Numbered from the stretch's first letter, positions 25,082-39,786 are shown. The stretch is 64,000 bases of DNA from Eledone cirrhosa (GCA_964016885.1 OZ024756.1:20088001-20152000), one strand, 5' to 3'. Notes: generated from the sequence alone by a model not told the origin. Translations and numbers: made by a program.

Positions 25082-26020
25082 CTGGTTGAGGAAATGTAAA
25101 AGACAAAAAAAAAAAAAAGAGAGAGAAATACCATACCTTTATATATGTAATAGCGAGGCATGATCAAATATCAATAGAGTCTATAAGGTGACCTCTGGAA
25201 ATCAATAAAATCAATAATGTAAATAGGGAATCTCAACTCTTAATATCCTGTAATGATTTAGTGGAAAATAGCTAAAATAAACAAGTTTGTTAATACAAAT
25301 GTTTATAGTATCTTTACTAGTGGACAGATTGTTGTGAAAATTTGTAGTATTATCTCTTAATATTCTGTAATGATTTAACAGAAAATATCTAAAAAAAAGG
25401 TTTGTTAATTCAAATGTTTATAGTATCATTACTAGTGCACAGATTGTTGTGAAAATGTACAATAAACTAAAGTTAAGACTTTAATTTTTATTGCGATGCA
25501 GTCATAGAGCTGTTTTGTACTTTTCAAGAAAGTTTTGCTAATGTGGTTTCATGAGGTTTGTTAATTCAAATATTTATAGTATCATTACTAGAGGACAGAT
25601 TGTTGTGAAAATTCGCAATAAGACATTAGCCAAAATCAAACATCCACCAAATTGTCGTCTTTCTCTGCCTTTTCTTCTTCTTCTAACTTATTCTCGAGAA
25701 GTTCATGAAAGTAGAGTCCTCACACACACTACCAGAGGGTCCTATCAAGAGCAAGCATCTCCAAAAAATTCAGCTTCATCCCCAAACAAGACAAATACAG
25801 GCTTATTAATGTTATCCACCATCTTGCTCATGGTCTACTCCTGTGTCTCCTGCCAGCTGGTTGGCTTTGCCCATAAAATCTGTCCTGTGATTCTTTCCCT
25901 AGACATTCTAACCACATGTATGTAGTACTAGAAATGTGATCTTTAAATGCAACAACAACAGAACAGCAGTAACAGCAGTAGCAATAACAAACAACAACAG
26001 CAACAATAGCGTCAACTTAC

Positions 26021-26176
26021 CCAAACGATATCCAATCCTCTTTGTTCAAGATATCCATATCCTTCTTATAATCATTGTATACAAGAACTATTCCTTCAAA
26101 ACCAGCCAGCCTCTCTTTCAGTCCGTTAATCTGACTTGGGTCAGGTGGAGAGAGTTGAAACTTTTCACAGGCTTGT
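26021..26176 (-). CDS. DYNC2H1: Dynein-2 heavy chain, exon 10 (QACEKFQLSPPD...KEDWISF)
   Basis: tctag| and |gtaagt; EDWIxF motif; phase 2-2. Confidence 0.9.
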
Positions 26177-27484
26177 CTAGAAACAACAAACACAGCCAAA
26201 CATTAATGGTTTGGGATTTAGGTACTAGGTCAACAATTTGGGGGCAGGGAAAAGTTGGTTAAATTGACCTCAGTGCATTACTGGTACTTTATTTTATTGA
26301 CCTTGTAAGGATGAAAGGCAAAGTTAACCTCGGCGGGATTTGAACTCAGAACATAAAGGGCCGTAACTCTATGTTGCAAAGCATGGCGTCCGACTCTCTA
26401 CCGATACTGCCAATAATAATGGTTTCTTATATAGGCACAAGGCCAGCAATTTTGGGGGAGGGGAAAGTCAATCAAATCAACCCGAGTGTATTACTGGTAC
26501 TTTATATTATCAACCCAGTAAGTATGAAAGGCAAAGCAAACCTTGGCGGGATTTGAACTGAGAATGTAAAGGGACACATATATAAACTAAGAGAAGGCCG
26601 TCTTTGGTCATGGCTGATCATGGTTTTGCACCTGGAAAAGTTCCTCTCTGAGGCACAAGCTTGAGCAAGGTGTGTTTTTGTGGAAGATCAGCAGTTGCCC
26701 ATGGATGCCAATCTTCTTGCTCCATGTCACAAATGTGGGCCAAGTATAAAGCCAAAAATTAATACAGCTCAGCAGCAGAGAGAGAAGGACCCCCTTCGGT
26801 TACAAACGACCATGAGATTTGCACCCAGAAAGTTCCACCCCAAGGCACAAGTCTGGGCAAGGTTGTTTGTGGAAGACCAACAGTCGCCCAAACATACCAG
26901 TTTCCCCTCTCCACACCACCGATGTCCAAGGGAAAGGCAAATGTTGATACAGCTTGACACTAGTGACATCACACCTCATTTCCACAGCTGAGTGAACTAG
27001 AGCAACATGAAATAAAGTGTCTTGCTCAAGAACACAATGCAAAGACCGATCCGAGAATTGCACTCACAACCTCAGGATTGTAAGCCCAATGCTCTAACCA
27101 CTAAGCCATGCGCTTTCACAGCTCAGCAGCAGTGACATCGAAACACATTTTTTCCAAGTGAGTTAATTGGAACTAGGTGAAATAAAGTGTCTTGCTCAAG
27201 GTCACAAAACACTATCCCAGTCTGGGAAAAGAACACACAACCTCACAATTGTAAGCCCAACACTCTAACCACCAGAAGAGAATGACTGAAAATTATTCCT
27301 TGCAACCTATATCTGAACTTGAGGTTGTTTAGATTATAGAACATATCTTCAGATGTGAACCTAACAAGGTACAAAAATTGAGTGAATGCATTTATCACTT
27401 CTATACGTTATATTTGTCATATTTATATGTCTATATACTAAAAAATTGTGTAAATTTATATGCACACTTCCGCAGCCTCCTCCT

Positions 27485-28140
27485 CATCATCATCAGTGTT
27501 TTACGTCCATTCTTCCATGCTAGCATGGGTTAGACGGGTTGTCCTGTTGTGAGCAGTGTCCAGTCAGCTGACCTTGTCTTGCTCATACGGGAACTGATTC
27601 TGGCTTGATTTCTACAGCTGGATGCTCTTCCTAACACCAACCTCATTTACAGTGAGTGCTGGGTGCTTTTTTTCCGTGGCACCTCCACGTCCTATTTACA
27701 GTGTGGGCTGGGTGCTTTTTTGATGTGGCGCCTACACGTCCACTTTACAGTGTGGGCTGGGTGCTTTTTTGATGTGGCGCCTACACGTCCACTTTACAGT
27801 GTGGGCTGGGTGCTTTTTTGATGTGGCACCTCCACGACCACTTTGCGGTGGGAGGGTGTGGGGGCATATTGTCTATATGCTTCAGCTTCGGCTTGTACCT
27901 GTGGGGGGGTCGGGTATTCTGTATTACTGCGTGACGCCAGAGGTCACGGTCGTGTGTCATTGCCTTTGAGAGGTGTAATTGGGTAAGGTCGGCTTTTATC
28001 ACCTCATCCCAGGTCTTCTTGGGTCTCCCCACTCCACGGTTTCCATCGACTTCTAGTGCTCTGCACCTTTTTATGCAGCTGTCATCCTTCATACGCATCA
28101 CATGTCCATACCAACGCAACCGCAGCCTCTCAGTTATCCT
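27485..28140 (-). mobile_element. RTE-clade LINE 3' end plus 3' UTR; shorter copies at 2790-3205 and 21530-21990
   Basis: ERLRLRWYGHVMRM...GRPKKTWDEVI..DL...DRDLWR; (GAT)n tail shared with SINE B. Confidence 0.85.
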
Positions 28141-28294
28141 TATACAATGCACATACATCATCATCATCATCATCTTCGTTTAACGTCCATCTTCCACGCT
28201 AGCATACATATATATATATATATATATATACATACATGTGTGTGTGTACATATATATATATTTATGCATTCTCTCTCTCTATATATATATATAC

Positions 28295-28327
<33 letters not shown>

Positions 28328-28338
28328 GAGAGAGAGAA

Positions 28339-28388
<50 letters not shown>

Positions 28389-28421
28389 AAGTGAGAGAGA
28401 GAGAAGGAGAGAGAGAGAGAA

Positions 28422-28492
<71 letters not shown>

Positions 28493-29425
28493 AAGCGAGA
28501 GAGAGAGAGAGAGAGAGAGCGAGAAAGGGGGAGATTTTGCAAATAGTTTACAGCAATGGAATTTTCATCAAAAGAAAAGTTAAAGTGTGTGTGTAATATA
28601 AATATGTAAAGTTATGTATGTGTATGTGTACATGAGTGCATGTATGTGTGTATGTGCGTGTGTGTATGTGTGCATGAATGCATGTATGTGTGTATGTGCG
28701 TGTGTGTGTGAATGCATTTATGTGTATCTGTGTGTGTATTAGTATGTGTGTGTGATTGTGTGCATGTGTGTATATTGTGTGTGTGTGTGTGTGTATGTGT
28801 ATGTGAATGCATGTATGTATGTATCTGCGTATGTATGTATGTGTATGGGTATCTGGTGTGTATATGTATGTATGAGTATGTGTACGTATGTATGTATGTG
28901 TGTATGTATGTGTGTATGTGTGTGTGTATGTGTGTATGTGAATGCATGTATGTATCTGCGTATGTATGTATGTGTATGGGCATCTGTGTGTGTGTATATG
29001 TATGTATGTGTGTGTGTATGTATGAGTATGTGTGTATGTATGTATGTATGTATGTGTGTGTGTATGTATGTATGTGTGTATGTATGTGTGTGTATGTGTG
29101 TATGTATGAGTTTGTGTGTATGTATGAGTATGTGTGTGTATGTATGTATGTGTTTATGTATGTGTATGTGTGTGTGTATGTATGAGTATGTGTACGTATG
29201 TATGTATGTATGTGTGTATGTATGTGTGTATGTATGTATGTGTTTGTGTATGTGTGTGTGTATGTGTGTATGTATGAGTTTGTGTGTATGTATGAGTATG
29301 TGTGTGTATGTATGTATGAGTATGTGTGCGTATGTATGTATGTATGTATGTATGTATGTATGTGTGTATGTGTGTGTGTATGTGTGTGTGTGTATGTATG
29401 AGTGTGTGTATGTGTATGTGTATAT
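28295..29425. repeat. (GA)n then complex (TG/TATG)n microsatellite
   Basis: Direct inspection. Confidence 0.95.
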
Positions 29426-29718
29426 CTACTTCCTTGCAGCAAAGCCATTTATTCCACGTTTGAACTACTCTATCTGTTACCATATTTATTTAGTGTTTCA
29501 TCACTGTTGTCACGAAATTCTGCAGACTTCAATACCATAGTGAAGAAATGCTTCCACAAATATTCTCTACAATGCTGGAGGGTGAAGGTATGGCTGTGTG
29601 GTTAACATACTTGATTCCTAACTTCATGCTTTCAGGTTTTACACCTTAATTCAGTAAGTACCTTTCACTATAGCCCCCTCAAATGACTGGTACCTTAATT
29701 CAGCAAATACCTTTCACT

Positions 29719-30389
29719 TCTTGTGACGCTAAACTCCGCCAGTTGCTGACTGCACATCAACATGTGATATCTCTCTCCACAAAGTTCGATCACCAGCAGC
29801 AGAGTTCAAAGAGCAAAGATCAAGTCCAGTCCATAAGTTGACATTGTTAAGCCATCGTTTTGGCTGCCGGCCTCTGCTTCTCTTACCAGCCAACCTTCCT
29901 TCCAGGCATAACCTACTCACACCACGAGTTGATCTTTTTATATGGCCGTATAGTTTGAGTACTCTTAACTTGACAATTGATGTAATTAGTCTAAGTTTGG
30001 TAATGTTGAGCAGCTCACTGATACAGAAACGGTCGCTGAGCCGCTTGCCAGTCATAAGTTTCATGATGTGGTTCTGGAATGTAGAGAGCTTCTGAAGTGA
30101 CCTTGTCGTTCAATTAACTCAGTCAAGACCATATAATGCACTAGTAGGATGTAAGTATCAAAGATCTTAGCCTTCAAATGATAGGAAACACGTTTTGATG
30201 TTAGTACTTCTTTGTTCTTGTTGAAAGCTGCCCAACCTAGAGCAGTTTGATATTGCACAGCAACCATTCCATTGTTGTTTGTGACCAAGGTATACAAACT
30301 CCGTAACTTGAGCAATTTGCTGGTTGGAGATTGTGAGTTGGAGATTGGCATTGTTTTTATCAGTTGTCATACATTTTGTTTTGGAGATG
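29719..30389 (-). mobile_element. Degenerate RTE-clade LINE 3' fragment
   Basis: QVTEFVYLGH, KAKIFDTYIL, LKLYGHI.R, GKRSRGRQPKRW, DRTLWR across frameshifts. Confidence 0.85.
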
Positions 30390-31285
30390 TTTCACTATAA
30401 CCCCTCAAATGACTGGTACCTTAATTCACCAAGTACCTTTCACTATATTTCGAGTTGAATTTGGAAGTTAGAAGCTAGTGCAGAAGCTTGCCCTAAGTAT
30501 ATATGGCACAAAAATGCACCCGGTATACTCCATAAGGGAGGTTGATGACAAGAAATGCACCCAGCTATAGAAACCATACCTAAAAAGGGTTGAGAGGACC
30601 CTTAAGTTGTGTCAAAAACACAACAATGTCTTTAGTGTTGGTGATCTATATGATAAATGCACCCAGTACATGTTGTAAAGAAAGCTTGTCAAACAAAGAG
30701 TTGGGAGGACTCTTTAGTTATGTCAAGAATATGACATCCTCCCTAGGGCTGGTGATCTACACAATAAAAGCACCCAGTACATGCTGTAAAGTGGTTGGTG
30801 TTAGGAAGGGAATCCAACTATAGAAAATTTACCAAACAAGGAGTTATGAGGACCCTTCAGTTGTGTCAAAGACATGACAACTCCTTCTCTGCTCTTCATA
30901 GAATGTATGACTGTATGTACACAGCATGCAGACCCCTTAGCCTGTCAGGGATGTCAGCTGCCTTGCTTCCACAATGACTTGGTCTATGTAGACCCATCCA
31001 ACCCTTTCTAGTAGCAAACGCGGACGTTAAATGACAAACTGATGATGATTATATATATGTGGATTGGCAGTATTGGTAGAGGGTCGGACGCCTTGCTTTG
31101 ACGCATAGAGTTACGGCCCTTGCCATTCTGAGTTCAAATCCCGCCGAGGTTAACTTTGCCTTTCATCCTTACAGGGTCGATAAAATAAAGTACCAGTAAT
31201 ATACTGGGTAATTGTTGGCCTTGTGCCTAAAGTAGAAATAATTATATATATACATTCACTCTGACAGTTGGCAGGTAAGCAGTAT

Positions 31286-31332
31286 ACTGTACTGATGAAG
31301 GTTAATCACCCAGAAACATTAGTGTCTGCAGT
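31286..31332 (+). ncRNA. Type-I hammerhead motif, family G (GUC triplet)
   Basis: ACTGTA-CTGATGA-AGGT TAATC ACCCA-GAAA-CATTAGTG-TC-TGCAGT. Confidence 0.7.
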
Positions 31333-32242
31333 TCTGTTTACATGCCAATACAAGAACAAAAATGACGGTCATTCTACTGACATGGCTTAAAAAGAGGGTG
31401 TTTGCATAATTGCAAATGAATCAAATATTATTATTAATATTCGAAAAACTCAGATACATTTATTGTATTCAGCCACAGAGAGTGAGAAACTATTTGTTTG
31501 TTATACACACACATATATATATATATATGGAGACACATGGCTTAGTGGTTATAGCATTGGGCTTGCAATCAAAAGGTTGTGAGTTCAATTCTCAGACCGG
31601 GTGATGTGTTGTTTCCTTGAGCAAGACACTTTATTTCACATTGCTCCAGTTTACTCAGCTGTAGAAATGAGATGATAGGGACTGGGGTCCCTATCATTCC
31701 ACTGCAAAGTGGTTGTGGAGGTGCTACGGCAAAAAAGTACCCAGCACTCACTGTAAATGAGGTTGGTGTTAGGAAGGGCATCCAGCTGTAGCAAACAAGC
31801 CAGAATCAGTTCCCGCAAGCAGGGAAAAGCGGACGTAAAGTGATGATGATATATATATATATATATATATATATCATCATCATCAACGTTTAACGTCCGT
31901 GTTCCACGCTTGCATGGGTTTGGATGGGGGTATTCCCACTTGAGGCAAGAGTGATTGTCTTGCTCGCATAGGACTGTCTGGCAGGTTTTCTACAGTTGGA
32001 TGCCCTTCCTAACACCAACCACATTTACAGTGTGGGTCTGGGAGGTTTTTACCGTGTTGCCTACACGGCCACATTACAGCATGGACTGTGTGTTTTTTTG
32101 TCGTGACACCTACACGATCTCATTTGTTTCGGCCTGGATGGCGCGGCACCAACATAACTTTACATAGAACGGGGTGGTGTGGATGGGGTGGGGGTGGTGG
32201 GACGGGGTGTATTTTGTTAGAGATGCCTACTGGCTATAGTAG

Positions 32243-32277
<35 letters not shown>

Positions 32278-32356
32278 GCATATATATATAGTGCTTTCAC
32301 AGAATGAAAGTTCTAAAATAAATTTTCCAATCTCGCCTTCTGCTGTTCTTTTAATG

Positions 32357-32410
<54 letters not shown>

Positions 32411-33410
32411 GTGAGTGTGTGTATGCAGTTATATATATGTATGCATATATATGCAGTTATATATATGTATGTATGTATATGCAGTTATATATATGTAAAT
32501 ATTTATATGCAGTTATATATAGACATTGTGGCTTATGGGGTAAGCCATAATAATGCAGATAATTGTAATTAATAGTTAAATATGTTGGGTCCAGAACTGC
32601 TGGAGATAGAAAGAAAAGTAGACAGAGACATCTGCAGGAATTCTAGCTAACGTACCTTCTAATTTCAATTTCCCCCAATACTTTGTAAATTAACCAAACC
32701 AAACATTGCTTTCAATTCTACCTGAACACTTAAGGTTTCTAGAAGACAGTAAATAACATCCAGATGTGCCCTGCAGTAATAGTTAATTGCAGTCTACCAG
32801 CATTTGGCAGATGCATGGTTTGATTCCTGCAGGTGTTTCTTCTCAATTTTGTTTCCACCTACAGAGGTATTCTACCCAACTTCTTTAACTATAGCTAAAA
32901 TTCCTTTATAACAAATACTACTATAACAAATTTTTCAGTATAACAAAACCTTTTTCAATCCCTGAAGTAATAACAAACAAACGTTTTTCGATACAACAAA
33001 TTTGTTTTTTATACCCCATGAATTTCGTTAGAACGGAATTTCACTGATTTATTTATAGCTGTTTGTTATGGTAAAGGGTGGAAACACCCAATGTATGTAG
33101 CGCAAACACCGACTGATGACATCATCACCCCCTGACCAAGGCTATATTCACTGAAGATGAAGAAATGTGAGGCATCTTCTTTAAAACTTAATTATGCCTA
33201 TATACATGCATCATCATCATCATCATCATCTTCGTTTAACGTCCATTTTCCACGCTAGCATGGGTTAGATGGGAAATATATATATATATACGTATATACA
33301 TATACATATATACATAGATATTATATATATATTACATTTATTCACTATATTTATTATATACCATATATCATCATCACTGTATGATGTCCATTTTTCCATG
33401 CTAGCATGGG

Positions 33411-33414
<4 letters not shown>

Positions 33415-33450
<36 letters not shown>

Positions 33451-33466
33451 ATATATATATATATGC

Positions 33467-33497
<31 letters not shown>

Positions 33498-33688
33498 TCA
33501 TATATATTATATCTATTTATTATATATCATATATATCATATATATCATATATATATATATATACACACACACACAAACATATATATATTATATCTATTTA
33601 TTATATATCATATATATCATATATATATATATATACACACACAAACATATATATATATTATATCTATTTATTATATATCATATATATC

Positions 33689-33727
<39 letters not shown>

Positions 33728-33778
33728 AACATATATATATTATATCTATTTATTATATATCATATATATCATATATAT

Positions 33779-33814
<36 letters not shown>

Positions 33815-33874
33815 CACACAAACATATATATATTATATCTATTTATTATATATCATATATATCATATATATCAC

Positions 33875-33907
<33 letters not shown>

Positions 33908-34020
33908 AACATATATATATTATATCTATTTATTATATATCATATATATCATATATATATATATATACACACACACAAACATATATATATTATATCTATT
34001 TATTATATATCATATATATA
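33415..34020. repeat. Compound TA/CA microsatellite amplified as ~65-85-bp blocks
   Basis: acacaaacatatatatattatatctatttattatatatcatatat block recurs ~7 times. Confidence 0.9.
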
Positions 34021-34402
34021 TCATCATCATTTTGTATAAACAATCTCTTTTTCTCTCCCTCTCCGTCTTCCTTGTTAACCATGTCTCGAAGACATTCCAT
34101 TTCTAAAGTTAGGCAAGCAAGAAAGTCGAAATGCAAATCTATTTAGTGAAAAGTTAATTAAGATGGACAAGATATAAAGACATATACAACACATGTTTAG
34201 ACTTTATTCCAAGCCATTTCCGATTGGTGAAAACATTTGCACATTTTTCCAGACAACTGTGAGAAAATTGTATTCTAATAAACCAGAAATTAGTTGCAAC
34301 ATTTAAAAGGTTTCCAAGTGGTTCCACCGATACAAAGAATTAGAAAGAAACAGAATTTTTCAGTAAATAATTAGGAATAAACAGAATAATGGATATAAGA
34401 AA

Positions 34403-35062
34403 TAATTGTTTCTACTTTAGGCACAAGGCCAGCAATCACCCAGTGCATTACTGATACTTTATTTTATCGACCCCGTAAGGATGAAAGGCAAAGTCAACCT
34501 CGGCGGGATTTGAACTCAGATCATAAAGGGACGTAACTATGCTGGAAAGCATGGCGTCCGACAATAATATGTCGAATAATAATAATAATTGTTTCTACTT
34601 TTTGGCACAAGGCCAGCAATTATTCCAGTGTATTACTGGTACTTTATTTTATCGACTCTGTAAGGATGAAAGGCAAAGTTAACCTCAGTGGGATTTGAAC
34701 TCAGACCATAAAGGGCCGTAATTCTTTGCTGCAAAGCATGGTATCCGATCCACTACCGATAGGATCACGGCCAGCAATTTTTGGGGATGGGAAAAATTGA
34801 TTAAATTGACCCCAGTGCATGACTGGTGCTTTATTTTATTGACCCTGTAAGGATGAAAGGCAAAGATAACCTCGGCGGGATTTGAACTCAGAACGTAAAG
34901 GGCCATAACTACATACCACAAAGTATGTTGTCCAATGCTCTACCATTACTGCCAATCCTTGCAATAGTGTAATAATGGTTTCTGATTTCGGCACAAGGCC
35001 AACAATTTTGGGGGAGAGGAAAGTCGACTAAATCAACCCCAATGCATTACTGGTACTTTATT
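34403..35062 (-). mobile_element. Tandem cluster of tRNA-derived SINE family A
   Basis: On minus: tggcagtatcggtagag (A box), gttcaaatcc (B box), gcctttcatccttacggggtcgataaaataaagtaccag core; many copies window-wide (e.g. 1392, 4530, 16570, 18603, 22133, 26205, 31060, 43475, 50435, 56836, 59004, 60310). Confidence 0.88.
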
Positions 35063-35322
35063 TCTAAACTAGATACACACAAATAAACATAACAAAAAAA
35101 ATAATATAAAGTATGGTGAGCTTATGCACAGAGATGCTATAAAAGAGGGTGAAGACCTTTAAAGACAGAATAGGCACTTGCCATTGGACGCTATGAGGTC
35201 ACTTCTTTTTCTGTCTTTTAGGGCCTTCACTCTATTTCAGAAGTTATCTTATAGCATCTCTATGCATGAGCACACCACTCTTTAAATTAACTTTATGCCC
35301 TCAGCACTTTGTAAAAATCCTA

Positions 35323-35760
35323 GAGATCAACTACTTGTAATATAAAGTCCAAGAGATCAGTTACTTATAATATAAAGTCCAAGAGATCAACTACTTGTAA
35401 TATAAAGTCCAAGAGATCAACTACTTGTAATATAAAGTCCAAGAGATCAACTACTTGTAATAAAAGGTCCGAGAGATCAACTATGTATAATATAAAGTCT
35501 GAGAGATCAGCTACTTATAATAAAACGTCCTAGAGATCAACTACTTATAATAAAAAGTCAGAGATCAACTACTTGTAATAAAAAGTCCGAGAGATCAACT
35601 ACTTGTAATAAAAAGTCTGAGAGATCAGCTACTTGTAATATAAAGTACGAGAGATCAGCTACTTGTAATATAAAGTACGAGAGATCAGCTACTTATAATA
35701 AAAAGTCTGAGAGATCAGCTATGTATAATATAATGTCCGAGATCAGTAATCTATAATAAA
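35323..35760. repeat. 30-bp minisatellite (~14 units)
   Basis: gagatcaactacttgtaatataaagtccaa. Confidence 0.92.
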
Positions 35761-35813
35761 AAGAGTTTTGAAAAAATAAAATTCTAGTAAATAAAACAAA
35801 AAAGCCTAAATAC

Positions 35814-36013
35814 CTGAGACTGTCCTCAGTTTCACACAACTTGGTGAATTCCTCTAGTTGCTCTTTAACAGACTCAAGATCTTGATCACATTGGGAAATG
35901 TCACCTTCAAAAGTTAAGTTCTGTTCTACTTGCACCCATCTGTCAGTGAATTTTTGAACGTCAGTGTGGAATTTTCCAATATCAGATTCTAATTCCTTTC
36001 TCATGGTATCCAT
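35814..36013 (-). CDS. DYNC2H1: Dynein-2 heavy chain, exon 9 (MDTMRKELESDIGKFHTDVQKFTDRW...EDSL)
   Basis: ttcag| and |gtattt; phase 0-2 fits neighbours; coiled-coil-like tail sequence. Confidence 0.85.
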
Positions 36014-36214
36014 CTGAAGCAGAAAGAGAAGAATGGTTAGATATAGACAATGGTTAGATATAGAGGATGGTTAGATAGAGAGATGGTTAGATAGAGAGAT
36101 ATAGAGGATGGTTAGATAGAGAGATGGTTAGAGATAGAATGGTTAGATACAGAAAAAAAAAATCAAGAGAGTAACTAAATACACATACAGACAAACACAC
36201 ACACAAACCTGCAG

Positions 36215-37025
36215 CTCTAAGGCCAATAACGTTTTTTTGGGGAGGTGGTGGGGGGGTCGATTAGATCGACCCCAGTGCGTTACTGGTACTTTATTTTATC
36301 GAGCCTGTAAGTATGAAAGTCACAGCTAACTCCAGCGGGATGCAAACACAGAACACAAAGGGCCATAACTCTATGCCATGAAGCATATAGTCCAACACTC
36401 TATTGATACTGCCAATCCAGTGCACAAGAGGCAATAATAATAACTGTTTCTAGTTTTGGCACAGGGCCTGAAATTACCCCAGTGTATTACTGGTGCTTTA
36501 TTTTATCGACACCGTAAGGATAAAAGGCAAAGTTAACCTCAGCGGGATTTGAACTCAGAACGTAAATGGCCATAACTCTATGCTACAAAGCGGGTAATTG
36601 CTGTCCTTGTGCCAAAAGTAGAAACAATTATTATTATTGCCATTGGCAGTATTGGTAGAGGGTCGGATGCCATGCTTTCCAGCATAGTTACGTCCCTTAA
36701 CGATCTGAGTTCAAATCCCACCGAGGTTAACTTTGCCTTTCATCCTTACGGAGTCGATAAAATAAAGTACCAGTAATGCACTGGGTAATTGCTGGCCTTG
36801 TGCCAAAAGTAGAAACAATTATTGCCTTAGATATAATAATTGTTTCTACTATTGGCACAAGGCCAGCAATTATCCCAGTGCATTACTGGTACTTTATTTT
36901 ATCGACCCCGTAAGGATGAAAGCCTCAGCTAACCTCAGCAGGAGTTGAACACAGAATGTAAAGGGCCATAACTCTATGCTTAAAAGCATGTCCGATGCTC
37001 TATGAATTACTGCCAATCTACCACC
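36215..37025. mobile_element. Cluster of SINE family A copies in alternating orientation
   Basis: minus 36215-36420 and 36440-36590, plus 36641-36822, minus 36838-37025. Confidence 0.85.
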
Positions 37026-37259
37026 CTAGAGACAATAATAATAATTTATAAGGGTATCCAACCATAAGATAGTGCCGCACAAAGACCAGTCCGTCCAATG
37101 CTCCCGACTGAATTAGTGTGGCTGTACATAGGGGCCAACGCTACAGAGATCTTATATTCTATCTACATCTTTACTATTTCCATAAATTTGTTGGTCTTGA
37201 GCCTATATTAGAAATCAACAGAATGTCTAACATCTGAGCAATCCAATAAAAGATCTCAA

Positions 37260-39775
37260 CAAACACAGTTACAAACTAACACGCTACAGACAAACACAGC
37301 TACAGACTAACACACTACAGACAAGCACAGCTACAGACAAACACAGCTACAGACATACACAGCTACAGACAAACACAGCTACAGACAAACACAGCTACAG
37401 ACAAACACAGCTACAGACATACACAGCTACAGACAAGCACAGCTACAGACATGCACAGCTACAGACATACACAGCTACAGACATACACAGCTACAGACAT
37501 ACACAGCTACAGACATACACAGATACAGACATACACAGCTACAGACATACACAGCTACAGACAAACACAGCTACAGACAAACACAGCTACAGACAAACAC
37601 AGCTACAGACAAGCACAGCTACAGACAAGCACAGCTACAGACAAGCACAGCTACAGACATACACAACTACAGACATACACAGCTACAGACAAACACAGCT
37701 ACAGACAAACACAGCTACAGACAAGCACAGCTACAGACATACACAGCTACAGACAAGCACAGCTACAGACATACACAGCTACAGACAAGCACAGCTACAA
37801 ACAAACACAGCTGCAGACATACACAGCTACAGACAAACACAGCTACAGACATACACAGCTACAGACATACACAGCTACAGACAAGCACAGCTACAGACAA
37901 GCACAGCTACAGACAAACACAGCTACAGACATACACAGCTACAGACTAACACAGCTACAGACATACACAGCTACAGACAAACACAGCTACAGACAAACAC
38001 AGCTACAGACAAACACAGCTACAGACAAGCACAGCTACAGACATACACAGCTACAGACAAACACAGCTACAGACATACACAGCTACAAACAAACACAGCT
38101 ACAGATATACACAGCTACAGATATACACAGCTACAGACAAACACAGCTACAGACAAGCACAGCTACAGACAAACACAGCTACAGACAAGCACAGCTACAG
38201 ACAAACACAGCTACAGACAAGCACAGCTACAGACAAACACAGCTACAGACAAACACAGCTACAGACAAGCACAGCTACAGACAAACACAGCTACAGACAT
38301 ACACAGCTACAGATATACACAGCTACAGACAAACACAGCTACAGACAAACACAGCTACAGACAAAGACAGCTACAGACAAACACAGCTACAGACATACAC
38401 AGCTACATACATACACAGCTACAGACATACACAGCTACAGACAAACACAGCTACAGATATACACAGCTACAGACAAACACAGCTACAGACAAACACAGCT
38501 ACAGACAAGCACAGCTACAGACAAGCACAGCTACAGACAAACACAGCTACAGACAAACACAGCTACAGACATACACAGCTACAGACATACACAGCTACAG
38601 ACATACACAGCTACAAACAAACACAGCTACAGACATACACAGCTACAAACAAACACAGCTACAGACAAACACAGCTACAGACATACACAGCTACAGACAA
38701 ACACAGCTACAGACATACACAGCTACAGACAAACACAGCTACAAGCTACAGACAAACACAGCTACAGACAAACACAGCTACAGACATACACAGCTACAGA
38801 CATACACAGCTACAGACATACACAGCTAGAGACAAACACAGCTACAGACATACACAGCTACAGACAAACACAGCTACAAGCTACAGACAAACACAGCTAC
38901 AGACAAATACAGCTACAGACATACACAGCTACAGACATTCACAGCTACAGACAAACACAGCTACAGACAAACACAGCTACAGACATACACAGCTACAGAC
39001 ATACACAGCTACAGACATACACAGCTACAGACATACACAGCTACAGACATACACAGCTACAGACATACACAGCTACAGACATACACAGCTACAGACATAC
39101 ACAGCTACAGACAAACACAGCTACAGACAAACACAGCTACAGACATACACAGCTACAGACAAACACAGCTACAGACATACACAGCTACAGACAAACACAG
39201 CTACAAGCTACAGACAAACACAGCTACAGACAAACACAGCTACAGACATACACAGCTACAGACATACACAGCTACAGACATACACAGCTAGAGACAAACA
39301 CAGCTACAGACATACACAGCTACAGACAAACACAGCTACAAGCTACAGACAAACACAGCTACAGACAAATACAGCTACAGACATACACAGCTACAGACAT
39401 TCACAGCTACAGACAAACACAGCTACAAGCTACAGACAAACACAGCTACAGACAAACACAGCTACAGACATACACAGCTACAGACATACACAGCTACAGA
39501 CATACACAGCTACAGACATACACAGCTACAGACATACACAGCTACAGACATACACAGCTACAGACATACACAGCTACAGACATACACAGCTACAGACAAA
39601 CACAGCTACAGACATACACAGCTACAGACAAACACAGCTACAAACAAACACAGCTACAGACAAACACAGCTACAGACATACACAGCTACAGACAAACAAA
39701 CACAGCTAGAGACAAACACAGCTACAGACAAACACAGCTACAGACATACACAGCTACCAAACACAGCTACAGACA
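37260..39775. repeat. 16-bp minisatellite, ~2.5 kb
   Basis: agctacagaca(a/t)(a/g)cac unit; produces the spurious 752-aa ORF. Confidence 0.97.
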
Positions 39776-39786
39776 CACACACTTAC

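Noticed and set aside
28102-29540. ER/HT/VC/IY-rich ORFs (also 33269-34146, 57895-58896, 59432-59856)
   Set aside because: Dinucleotide microsatellite translations
37451-39709. 752-aa ORF
   Set aside because: Translation of a stop-free 16-bp minisatellite, antisense within an intron; no domain content
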